Source: Camelus ferus (taxonomy: Eukaryota). Taken from it: a stretch of DNA of 64,000 bases. Positions 41,829 to 53,619 of this stretch are shown here, one piece after another. The translations under genes were made by a program, and so were the position numbers. Positions within the stretch are counted from its first letter, which is position 1. Every line of letters starts with the position of its first letter. The stretch covers positions 49,416,001 through 49,480,000 of the forward strand of contig NC_045696.1 in NCBI RefSeq assembly GCF_009834535.1, written 5' to 3'. The notes beneath the pieces are model-generated. The model was given only the letters and a program-made list of their open reading frames with translations, ran no database searches and had not been told where the DNA came from.

Positions 41829-42666
41829 CTACATGTATACATGTATATATCACTATTGTTTCCTGTGATGTACAGGTGCAGGTTAGTAGAGAAAAATGTC
41901 TTGGGGGAAAAATAAAACCTGTGTTTTCTAGATTCTTGCCTCCTTGTCAAGATGTTGAAGGCAATTTGCATTTTAATTTGAAGAATGGTTGGTTTCAGCT
42001 GTTGAATACGTTAAGCTGAACAGTTTAATAGTGTTGAAATAAGACTCAGTATAACAAACAGTACAGGATTCTTTATAAGAAAATCTTTGACCTGAGGCAA
42101 GACGGTTTTACCTCTTGGTCCTCAGTTTTTTCATCTGTAAGATGAAGGGTTCTGTTTTCTGTCAGATGATGGTACAGTTACTTCTCGCTCCAACGTTCTA
42201 TAAATCTTGGTAGAAATTACACAATCGTTGTGTTCAAGCAGCTTACGCCTGTTTTTGACTCTTTCACAAAAGAAGCAAATCTTTAGAAAGTTAGACTTCT
42301 TTTCTGGAAGAGGGGAGTGTGTTTTTATTCACAACTATCCTCTATATTTTTATGTTCCACTTTGGGATCTGAGATTCACAACAGTGTTCGTTGTCTCTGT
42401 AAGATCTTCAATCACCAAATAAAATGAAATATTGTTCATTACAAGGTTTTCATTGAGCCAGAAATGTGAAGCCATACATTTTAAAAAGATGTTCAGCAAG
42501 GAGGACTATTTTTGTACCCTACCATTTCCCCTCTCCATTACAGTCCTTCCTCTTCTAAGAAAATAATTTGGTTTATCTCTCAATTACCCCGGAAATGCTA
42601 TTAATCACAATTTCCTATTTCCTGATAACATTACTTAATTGAGGTTGTACTGAGCTACATCATCAC

Positions 42667-42714
42667 AAAAAAAAAAAAAAAAAAAAAAAAAGAAGAAGAA
42701 AAGAAAAAAGAAAA
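42667..42714 (+). repeat. A25 run followed by a GA-rich tract
   Basis: Read directly from the sequence. Confidence 0.9.
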
Positions 42715-45700
42715 CCAACGTGGTCTCTCTCTCTCTCTTTCCCTTTCTCACTTGCTCTTACTCTTGGACTCAGAACTCTATTAAAGACAAATTATTGGGG
42801 AAAAAAGAAGAGGGGGATTAGTGACTGAGGTTGGACTCAGTCCTTGGTTGGCTTTAACCTAGCCTGTTGTTTTCTCCCAGTGTAGCAGCACAGTATCTCC
42901 ATGTGAATCTGTAGTTGTAAAAACACAATGTGGTTAAGGATATATTTGTAGCAGTCTACAAAAGGATCAAGGTGTGTCATTTTGCTCCATACTGTCTTTT
43001 TTTTTTTTTAAGCTCTAAAATCAACTGCAACACTCTCAGTTTCTCAAGGTGTTTTTTTCTATTTCTCCATTGAATGTGAAGAGACGTTTTAAATAAATTT
43101 CAATGCTTTGAAACCAGGTAGAATGTAAAATTTAAAATATTCTAATTCTGGCTATGCTAACTTAACCCTAGAAATGTTAATCACTTTTAAAATGTATTTC
43201 TGCAAAAGTCAACATTATTGAGTGATTATTGAGTCATCAGCTTCCCAGGGCTTTGGCAAAATCAGAATAACGTCCCCCTCCGCCCCACTCTGTCTATCCT
43301 TATTTCAACTTGCCACTGAAAATAGATATTCAAAGATTGCTTGCTATAATTATTCAATTGAATTTCATCATTCTATTTCTCAAAGTAAAACATAAGTTAG
43401 AAATTTGATACCTATCTTACTTAAAAATATTTTTTTCTGTACATCTGTAGAATTGTGAATTATATAACTGTTTTAAAAGAAAGAAGTTTACCTTTGTTTT
43501 ATAACATGTATATATGTCTTCAATATATTATGAAGTGAAAAAAAGCAGAGGGTAGAGTGCATGCAGAAAAAATAATAAAAATCCGGTTTTTCTTCTATAC
43601 ATATTTGTGTAAATGTCTCAAAAGATACAAGACAAAATGTAAGTACTTTGGTTGTCTTTGAGTAGTTAAGATTCCAGCTGATTTTTATTTTCTTTGTTAT
43701 CCTTTTAAAGTGTTTTCTTGTAATGACCAGATATTGATGTTGTCATTAGAAAAATGTATTACATGAAACTCAGTCTTTAATGGATGGAATTGAGCATGGT
43801 GGAAATGATGGTGATAAAGGATTGCAGTACATAAAGTTTCATGTAATACCTTCTCTTCCATTAGATAGTAATTCTTAAAACTGATAAATTTGAGTGAAAG
43901 CCAAAAGGAGGAACTTGATTCTCTTGGAGGCAGGGCTGTACCTAGCAGGTCATCCCTCTCTTCCCCTTCAAAGTCCAGTGAGCCCTTGACCATTGCTCCT
44001 GGGGTAGGGTAGCTCTTCCAGCAGGAATCCAGCTCTATCACAGTTTTTCTTCCCTCCTAATTCTGATGCATGAAAATTCAGAGATTTTGATTCCATGGAC
44101 ATCAAGCCTTACCCCCTCTTTCTTTGTAATGTCCATGCCGCCATCACACTTTACCATAACCACTGCCAATAGGAAAGCTGTCATCCTCAGGTGCTTAAAG
44201 AAATACTAAATTCCTAACAGATCTCTTGCCTCTTTTTTTCTTCCTTCTTTTATTTAATCTACACATGTCCACCTAATTCAGTCTTCTAAAATGTTACTTT
44301 TAGATATGCTACTCCTTTGTTGAAAATCCTGTAAAATCTAACATGAAGAAAAAAAATCTGTAGTCCAGAATTCAAAGCCCCCCAGAATTTAAGCTCACCC
44401 CTAGCATGACTTTGCCTCAAGCTCCCCCAGTAAAGCCCCTGCTGACTCACTGAATTGGCCTTGAACTTCAACACTCCTGAGTGTTGGCTCTGACTATTTC
44501 CTCTGCCTGGAATGACTTACCTCATGACTTCCACCAGACTCACTTCCACAATATAAAGCCAGGTTAAGATTCCACACTTGAGATGTTCCTAGCCCATGGG
44601 ACCCCTGGCAGATTCCCCCCTTTTCTAAGGACCCATGCTGCCCACCCATTCCCTTCTGTACTTTATGTTATTTGACTCTTGGCACACATGGACGTTTTCT
44701 TCCCGGCAAAATAGTAAGTGCCTTATGGCCAAGGGCTGTGTTTTATCATTTGTATTTTAAAATCACCTAGAACTATGTCTCTTCAGTAATACCTTAAAAG
44801 TTGGCACTAAATACATGTTGTTGTTGTTGTTGTTTTTAATTAAGCATCATGTTTTCTAAGCATTTTGGGAAAGAAACGTGTAAAAGTATAACACTCCACA
44901 TTCTTATTTTTTATAGAAGTAGTTAAAGGATAAAATCCAAGACAAATCAGTAATATTTTTAGTTAACCTCTGTGAAAACCCCAAAAGTAAGATTACCTTT
45001 TGCTCAACTTCCCATTTCTGAAAATGTGCTTTTCTCATTGAGGGTAAGTATTTAGATGGAGCATTTAAAAAATATGCCCCAGACACACAATTATGGCTTG
45101 CTTCTAGCTGAAATAATGTGTGCCCCCACTTCTCTTTGTAAATAACTGAGTTTTCCTCTGAAGTTCAAGAAGTTTAGGATTTCTTTTTGTATGTGAAACT
45201 GACTGCTTCTGTTTTCTCTTTATATGCAGTAGACTGTCATCTAAGGCAGAAGAAACGCTGTGCAGTTGGGTTTTGGTGAGCAGGGAGGATAATAGAAAGA
45301 GATTGACATGACTTCCATAGAAGAGTTATTTTTAAGTACAGAGAATGCCTATCCTTATGCTGAAAGGGCCTTTAGAAAATACTGCCGGGATTGAAAAGCA
45401 GTGAGGGCAGTCCCATCACCTGGGCTGGCGGTGCTGGTGTGCAGGGTGTTGCTGCCACCTGCTGCACGCAGACAGCCACAGAGGGGCTGGTGCGGGCCTC
45501 GCAGCTGCAGGACGCCAGGTGCTTACAATTAATATTCTGTGGGCATCTGAATTTTTCCTCTCTTAGAGCCTAGGGGAGTCTCAAAGGAAAAGCAGTCAAA
45601 TCTGATGACTCCAGGCCACAGGAGTATAAAATTAAAAAATCACCCAATGGGGGAGCTTTGCCCAGTAGCCACTAAATGGGGGTCCTGGGCATCCCAACCC

Positions 45701-47559
45701 CAATGAGAGGCAAGTAATCCATTGAAAGTGAATCTGTAGCTCTGGAAAGTAAATGAGGATTTCCCTTTTTCTGAATCTGGGGGCCTTTTTTTGATGAGTT
45801 GCTTCACTTTAAAGCAATAAGAGATAGACCTTTAGATACTCCAAGGGGGAGGATATTGTTCTTAGAGAATTCAATAGTTGGAGTCTTAGTAGTTTCCATT
45901 TAGGTAGATTCCTCTTAATATGACAAGTGGAGTGAAATTCCCTCCCCAGGCTTGTAATGTGTCCCAGTTTTAATAGGGACATCGACTTATAGATCAGGAT
46001 TCTACCATCTGGCCTGTTTTTGCCACTATACTCCATCACTGTGATTTACGGGAATTTCTAGGAAAGGGGAAGATGAAGCCATCAAGGGCAGCAGTATTTC
46101 CTCCTGCCTTTCAATCAATGAATTTGAGCTCCCTGGTCCTCCCTGAATATACCTCTGTCAGCCCCACCTGACCCAATACCTTCAGTGACCTGAAACTTAG
46201 TGGGGAGGTAGGGGTGGTGGTGAGAATGAAAGTTGGGGAGCCCTGGGATAGGAAATAATAATTCTAATTTCTGGCCTTTGCAGGAAACATCATTAGCTGA
46301 GTAGCAATGAGTAAGTATGACAGTCGTCATGGCAAATACTTGTAATGGTGGTGTAGAGGGCAGCCTGCACATCCTGTTTCACTGTAGTCTCTTCTCCCAA
46401 CTAACTTCTAATCTCCTGAATATCAAGAGTGATGCCTTATGTCTTAGCATCATCCATATCCCCCCAAGTCCTTGCATAGGATGGATCAGTACCTATGTGA
46501 TGGCGTGACACGTGATACATGATGTCATGATACACGGTGACAACCTGGTCAGAATTATCCCCCCCGACCTCAAAAGAGCAACCATCTCAGGAACACAACT
46601 CAGCCTTCTCTTTTGTCTGTAGGCTTGCTGGGTGGTGCCTATATTGTAGTAGTGAGATTAGGGTCGCAGAAGATTTCATCAATCGTTCATGAGATTGTAT
46701 ATATTTACTGGTTTTTATTCTTTGCTCATTAAACTTATGCTGTTGTTCCAGCCTAACGTCTGTTTTCTCAGTGTTGGAAGGTAAGGACAGCCTGCTTTAT
46801 CCCAAGATACCAACCAGTACAGTTGCATCTGGCAGGGAACAGTCCTCATGTCCTTCTGTAACTAACCAGACAGTTTTACCAAGGAGTCACTTCCCTGAAA
46901 TCCAGTCTCAGTCCTCTGTAAATGGAAGTCACTGGGTGGATGGAACAGGCCTGGTAGCCAGCCAAGGTGGGAGATTCTCTGCCTTTGGATTCTGATTGCT
47001 TCTGTCTTGTTCTGTATGGTTTTCGCTGAGGCACAGACAAGCTTTTCTGTCATCAGCAAAACAGATCTCCAGCCAGCAGTGTGGGAGGCTTCCCCACCTG
47101 ACCTCCAGCCTGTCCCAGACAAGGGGTGGAAAAGGAGCTGTCACTTCTCCGCCTCCAGGGAATGTGGGTTTCCCTGCAAGAAGGGAGACATTAAAATTCT
47201 GTTTCTTAGCTGGAGCTCTCCTCTGTTACTTTTCAGATTTTATTAAAATTAAATGTGTTAATTCTTTGTTCTTTCACCCTGAAGCAATTCTGGAAAGAAA
47301 ACATACTTTAAAACTGAACAGAAAAACTATTATGCAAGACACTAAGCTCACATTTGCTAAATGACTTTGTGCTCCTGAAAAGAAATGTATAAAAAGCACA
47401 TTATGAACTGCTCTGCATGATTTCCTTTGTTTGGATTTTAGAAGCAGCTTGACTGACACAGATCCTGAAGGAGGGAGAATCTTTGGATACTGAAAATCCT
47501 TTTAGTGAAGGTGATACACAGGATTTCAGAGGACAATTTCAACATTGTTCTCTTGAAGG

Positions 47560-47760
47560 TTATACTTAGCTCTGAACCACATTACTTTCCTGTCTACGTT
47601 TCATTTCCTGGGGTCTCGCCAAGTGATAAACAGATGGCGAGCGTGTGGTAGGTTTGGGGTTTTGCAGCACAAATAGGGCAACTGGAGTTTGCTTAGTTAA
47701 AGGCATCGGTTGACTTGGGTGATCAGTGTGGAAATGCTGGTGTAAAGCCCTCAGGAGAAG
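47560..47760 (+). promoter_or_regulatory. CD96: CD96 proximal promoter / 5'UTR
   Basis: Lies directly upstream of the start codon. Contains ETS cores (ttcctg), an Ets-IRF-like GGAAATGAAA on the minus strand (47599-47608), GATAA next to an E-box CAGATG, and RUNX TGTGGT (47644-47649). No clear TATA box. It resembles the human CD96 5'UTR as I recall it. Confidence 0.75.
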
Positions 47761-47821
47761 ATGGAGAGAAAATGGACATACTGTGCTGTCTATTCCATCA
47801 TCCAGATACATTTTGTCAGGG
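47761..47821 (+). CDS. CD96: CD96 (T-cell surface protein tactile) exon 1, signal peptide
   Basis: aagATGG strong Kozak context. Translates MERKWTYCAVYSIIQIHFVR(G), against human MEKKWKYCAVYYIIQIHFVKG (recalled). 61 coding nt, then a phase-1 donor G|GTAAGG. Confidence 0.95.
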
Positions 47822-49109
47822 GTAAGGCTTCCTTCCGTTTGTCCTTTCTTGTCACATCGGCTGCTTTACGGGGAAGGGGGCCTCTGTTCATTTAAAATGC
47901 TTTGTGACTGCTGCCGAAATTGATCACCAAAGGCAGATTGTTACTAAGGTTTTTCAGTTGTGTATTTAAGTGGCAGCTATCAGGGAGACGTTAGAATCTA
48001 GAAATGATTACTAACGGACATGAAAAACAAGAATGGTATGGGTGGTTTGAGCCACTGCTCTGAGACATTTTCACCCATTTCCTTCCTAAGAGGGTCTCTG
48101 GAGTGATTGGGAAACTGTGCTTCTTAAAAATGAAATGCTCTCCAAATGGTAGTCAGAACCACTCTGGAATACTAAAAAAAAACATCACAAAGCCATCAAG
48201 GCTCAGAGATCCTGGCTCAACTTTTCCTCTCTCTCAAATACTTTTTCTTGGGGACGTAATAAGCACTTCTCCTCCAAATACGAAGATCTTTGGGAGTTGA
48301 ACGTATGTTGAATTTTAATAAGGCTTGTGTAGGTTTGGACCTGGGAGTCAAAGTAGGGTCCTTGTGACAGTGGGAACCAGTGCCTGAAGGGCATATTTGA
48401 AAATTGCAGGAGGAAAGATTCATTCTGCATTCCATAGTAGGAGAGTATTACAGTGAGCCTGAGTGTCTTAAGAATTAACTGTGCTTTTCAGATACAGCGA
48501 CAAAGACTTTAAGGAGAATTTCTAAATCAAAGGAGACTTTGGAATATAATGCTGTAGACAGGATCAGAGGAATATCATCAGGCAAAGGCGAGCTCACAGG
48601 CGGCGACATTAAACTGCACTAACCTCTGCCTACCCCAAATTTTGCATCCATAAAATTGTAGTAATTCCCATTTGTCAGGTACCTTTGAGAGCCTAGTTTT
48701 TTCTCAGTTGCTTGTCATCTTTTTATCTTTTTCCTTTGTGAGCTTCAGTGGTACTTATCACAATAATATACCATTCCTGTAACAGTATTCCATGTTAATT
48801 CCCAAAATGAAACCTACACTATTGAAGGCATGTCAAAGACTCAGTGCTAAACGTGTTTTAAGTGTCCTGTGCCATTTGGTCCGAGAGCTGATGGGAGAGA
48901 GTCTTCTTTTATGCCTGGTGTTTCGGTGTTGATGAGAGATGATGCTGACCAATGGCCTACCTTCAGTAGAAGTCTCTGCCTCTCTTTGTTCCCTCCTTCC
49001 CTCAGGAACCCTAACTCTGTGGAAATGGTGGCTCTTTTGAGCCTCATACGTTGAATGCCAAATTTCTTACTCTTCTCAACCAATTTGGAAGGCAGTTCAG
49101 AGGTCATGA

Positions 49110-49290
49110 AGGTTATAGAAAGAGCACAGACAACCGAATTCATATTCTTTTCCTGAGGTGTGACTATGAGCAAATCACTTAATCTCTCTTTGCCTCAGTT
49201 TCCTCTCTGATAGAGTGTTAACAGCATCACTCTGGTGTGTGAGGAGGAATAAAAAAAATAGCCTATTTAAAATCCCTTGTAAACATATTT
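49110..49290 (+). mobile_element. MIR SINE in CD96 intron 1
   Basis: gtgtgactatgagcaaatcacttaatctctctttgcctcagtttcctc matches the MIR core. Confidence 0.75.
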
Positions 49291-49719
49291 TTTAAAAACT
49301 GCTGTATACATATTAGTTATATTTCAGTTTCATAAAACTATTTGTGTGTTATATGCTGTTGATTCATAAACAAAAAAGCCAGTTATATTCATTGTAAGGA
49401 ATACGCTTGTTGGTGGGCTTCGATTTTTTAAATAGGCTTAATTTTATTCCCAGGTAGTCTGAGACCTTAAATTATTTTTCAGACAGACCAGTAGACAAAG
49501 AAGTAGATATTCAAAAGTCAATAATTTCCTCTAGTGTCTTCAAGCAAATGCCTCCTCATTTGTGTTGAGTCTTACAGTTCCCTATCTGGATCGTGCGCAA
49601 GCTCTCTCCTGCCCCTGAGGCAGTCAGGGAGGAAAGTTCTCAGCAGCAGCCAAGGTTTTTCATTAAGAGTCACTCCATGTGAATCAGGCAAACTGATGGC
49701 TTATGGCCTTCCTTTTCAG

Positions 49720-50077
49720 GAATATTGGAAGAAACATTCAATGCAGAAGAAGACATTTATGCTTTACCTGGCTCTGATGTCAGCCTGACCTGCCAAACAC
49801 GGAAGAAGGGCTTCCTGGTGCAGATGCAGTGGTCCAAGGTCACCGATAAGGTAGACCTGATTGCCCTTTATCATCCTGAACATGGCTTCTACTGTGGCAG
49901 CAGGAGTCAGCTGTGAGTCACTGGTGGCTTTCAGAGTAACTCCTGGCAGTGTGTCACAGTGGACTCTGCACTTAAAGAACATGTCCTCCTCGCTCACTGG
50001 GAAGTACGAGTGTAGCTTCACTATGTATCCAGAGGGCATTCAGACCAAAATCTACAACCTGTTCATTCAGACAAATG
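49720..50077 (+). CDS. CD96: CD96 exon 2, Ig V-type domain 1, with a +1 frameshift and premature stop in this sequence
   Basis: Acceptor ccttttcag| and donor G|GTAAGC. The first half reads GILEETFNAEEDIYALPGSDVSLTCQTRKKGFLVQMQWSKVTDKVDLIALYHPEHGFYC. The second half, in the +1 frame, reads CESLVAFRVTPGSVSQWTLHLKNMSSSLTGKYECSFTMYPEGIQTKIYNLFIQTN. Exon length is 358 nt. Confidence 0.95.
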
Positions 50078-50109
50078 GTAAGCATACCTGGTGGGAGAAA
50101 GAAGCCATG

Positions 50110-51050
50110 AGTTCATTCAGTTCTCATTCACTCAGCAAATACGTATTCTGAGCCAAGCATGTGCTAGGCATGGTGCTACGTACAGAACGGTTGAGCAAGA
50201 AGAGGTGTTGCCTGGAAAGGAGGACAGAAATTGATCAAATAATGCCACAAATAAATGTAAAATCACAACAGTGATAAGGACTACAACCGCTTTGTGAGAG
50301 CCAGGGAAAGTGACCCTGGGGAAGTAACAAGTGAGCTGAGGTCTGAGGAATGAGTAGGTATTAACACCACTTGGGAGGTGGGAGGTTTGTGAGTGACCCA
50401 GGGAGAGGGACCAGCTGGTGTGCTGGGCTGTGGTGTGTTTGAGGAAATGGGAAAAGCTACACCCAGTGGGACTACAGTGCAGGACTAAGGGACCAGATCA
50501 TGCTGAACCTTGTCAGCCATGTTCAGGGTCTTGGTTGTTATCTAAGAGCCATGGGAAAACATTGAAGTATTTTCAGCCAAAGGATGGCACAATATTTATA
50601 GCCCGATTCAATCTGGATTATAAAAAGATGGTGCTGGTTTTAGTATGAGAATGAAGTAAAGGGGGACAAGAAGGAAAAGGTGGGGACAAGCTGGACAATC
50701 CCAGTAGCCCAGAGGAGACAGAGTGGTAGTTTGCGTAGATATAGAAAGAAGATGACAAATTTGATGCTTTGGGCATTAAACAGACAGCACCTGGCAATAG
50801 AGTGGATACAGGACAATGGCAGCACGAGTGAAGGAGCGCGAAAAAACGCATGTGTCTGGCATGCACACCTGAACGCTGGTGCCACTCACGGAGACGGGAG
50901 GCAAAGGAATCAGAACAGGTTTGCGGGGGAAATTTACCAATCTATCTTTGGATAGATTTAGTATACGGCAGGGAAAGATACCAAGGAGGCTGCTGGACAG
51001 GCGGCATTCACTCATACTTGCTGTAGAGGGCTGCATTCGGAGACAGGAAT
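50110..51050 (-). mobile_element. L2 LINE in CD96 intron 2
   Basis: cattcactcagcaaatacgtattctgagc...catgtgctaggcatggtgcta (L2 3' end, antisense), followed by purine-rich L2 body motifs. Confidence 0.75.
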
Positions 51051-51559
51051 CGGGTTAAAGCACTAGCCCCTTTCCGGCTAGAAATGAATTTCATCTGGAG
51101 CCTGTCATGTGCATTCTTTGAGCCTATCTGGAAAATGATGAAAATAATGGCTACCCTAAATTAGTTGGTCCTAAAATAAATGACCTCCATTTATACTAAT
51201 GGAAAAGATGGAAATGAAAGCCAACAAACGGAAAATGCACTGGAAACGGAATGTTTTTAATTCAGGGGCAAAGTGACCTGGTAGGATAAGAAAGAAACAG
51301 CAAAAATCAACTCATGAAGGCTGTGCTAAAGAAGGCACAGGACAAGCAATAGGTGTGGGCTTATTACCTCCTCTCCATTTCTCATCAAGACATAAGTCCT
51401 TGGTGTTGGGCAGTCCAGCTGTGTATAGAGCAGGACCTCCTCTGTCTCTTTCTCAACAATGCTCAATTCCCACTGCTGTTTTCCAGGAAAAAAAAATTTC
51501 AATTTGGGATGGGGCAGGGTGGTCGGTTTGAGTGAAGAGAAATGAGGAAATCTGTATAG

Positions 51560-51815
51560 AACAATGTTCAGCTACACATACTTTGGAGCCAGGTTGCCTG
51601 GATTTGAATGCTGACTCTGTCATTTACTGTATACATCATCTTTGCCAAGTTAATCCAGATCTCTAAGTTTTTGTTTCCTGATACAACAAATATAGATAAT
51701 TATAGGACCTCCTTCACAGGTACCAATATTTTGATGGTTAGATAAGATAATCTGTGTAGCGTACTTAGCATAGTTCCTCCCAAAGAGTAAGGGTTTAGTA
51801 AATGGTAGTTTTCTC
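51560..51815 (+). mobile_element. MIR SINE, near full length
   Basis: actttggagccaggttgcctggatttgaatgctgactctgtcatttact...tagcgtacttagcatagttcc...gtaaatggtagtt. Confidence 0.8.
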
Positions 51816-52322
51816 TAAGAAAATTAATAGTAATAATGAGTGAACTAGATTTCTCTGGTCTTACTAAAAAATGAGTCCTCCTCCTTCTCTTTTTATATTT
51901 GCCTAATTTGGAACCCAACAGACACGTGTCCTATATTAGCACAAGTACATATTGACCTGGGCTTTAGACAAAGGTTTTGTACCTTCTTCCTAAAACTGTA
52001 AACTATGCTACTGCATATCTGAGGACCTAATATTTATTTCATGGAGAATCGACAACATGATTTGATGTGCCCTATAGGAAGTAGCATGTGGGAATGGCTC
52101 AACATAAAGGCAGCAATGAAGAAGAGGTAGCATGTTATTCAGAAAGGAAAGTGGTGTTGCCTTTAAGGAAAGTGTATTTCTTAAAATAAGGGGCAACCCA
52201 AAGGAGCCAAGCTTGTAGCTACTAAAAACTACAAATCACTGGAGAGGTAGAAGCCAAGTCTACTGCTTTGTGGTTGGCAATTTCTCAGTCTTCTGATTGT
52301 AAACTTGCTGTTGGTCAGCTGA

Positions 52323-52385
52323 ACCAGATGAAAAAAAAAATGGCTAGAGAAATGGACCAGATGAAAAAAAAAGGTAGAGCAATGG
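52323..52385 (+). repeat. Tandem duplication of an approximately 31-bp unit
   Basis: accagatg(A)10tggctagagaaatgg followed by accagatg(A)9ggtagagcaatgg. Confidence 0.8.
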
Positions 52386-53259
52386 TTCTGGTACTGTGTA
52401 TTTGGGGACAAAGTGAGCAAAATAGAAAAGAGGAAAACAGAAAGGGAAAACATTCTTTCACAGCGGAGTGACTAAATATATAAGCCTGGTTTAGAGCTAA
52501 GGGGTAGACACTTTGATGGGGCAGCTGTCACTCGAAAACGCTGTCAAGTCCCCACCTAATGACACATCCTTCCCCCCTTTATTCTTTTGATCTTTACTTT
52601 CTTCTTTCACTTGTGCCATTTACCTCTCACATCTCTGGGAGATCTTCAAGTTAACAGGCTAGTGAGGTAAGCAAAACACACAAGAGCGCAAACTCTGGTG
52701 AAGTACATGAACACATGCAAATTGAAGTGGTATATATGAATCTAACATGAAGATGCTGAGGGGCAGGGGTGGGTGTGACGTCTTCCTGTTCCTTTTGTTC
52801 CTCATGTGAGCTAGTGCTCTGAGACTGTGAATGAGGGCACAGCTGTCACACACAGCGTGGCATCTGCTCTGTTTTCATTTTCACTTGACAGACTTTCCTC
52901 TTAGGTTAGCTTTCGAGTTATTCCAAGAAACGCAGTTCTCTGAATTAAGCCTTGGGTTATTGTAATCCAGGTTTCCTTCATTCAATGCGACTGGATCCCA
53001 TAATGCTTCAGATTGTAGATTTCAACGCATTTAAAATGTGTAGTTGTTAGGATTAGTTATAAAAGTACAACATGGCTTTAATTTCCCAGATTAAAACAAA
53101 AACCTTGAGGGCTGTTAATGCTGTCATTAGGAGCAGTAGGTGAAGGAGGAAGAGTACTGGTAATAGAAGTAGTGTAGATTATGATAACAGAATAATAGCA
53201 TAGAATCATCTTGATAATACAGTCTTGGAAAATCTCAGGCTGTTTGTTCTTTGACCTTT

Positions 53260-53600
53260 CCCCCTAGTTTTATTGCGATATTGACATACAACATCATATT
53301 AGTTTTAGGTGTACAATATAATGATTTGATATGTGTGTACACTGTGAAATGGTCACCACAGTCAGTTCGGTTAACATCCATCACCTCACACAATGACAAT
53401 TTTTTTCTTACGATGACACCTTTAAGGTATGGTCTCTTTGCAATTTTTAAACATATGATGCAGTATTTTTAACTTTAGTCACCAAGCAAACATTGCATCC
53501 CAAGAACTTCTTTATCTTTAACTGGAAGTTTGTACCTTTTGATCACCTTCACCCATTTTGCCCACTCCCCACCCACTGCCTCTGACCAGTCTGTTCCCTT
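53260..53600 (-). mobile_element. L1MA-type LINE-1 3' end
   Basis: agttttattgcgatattgacatacaacatcatattagttttaggtgtacaatataatgatttgata...actggaagtttgtacctttt. Confidence 0.8.
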
Positions 53601-53619
53601 TTAATCTGAAGGGTGTCTT

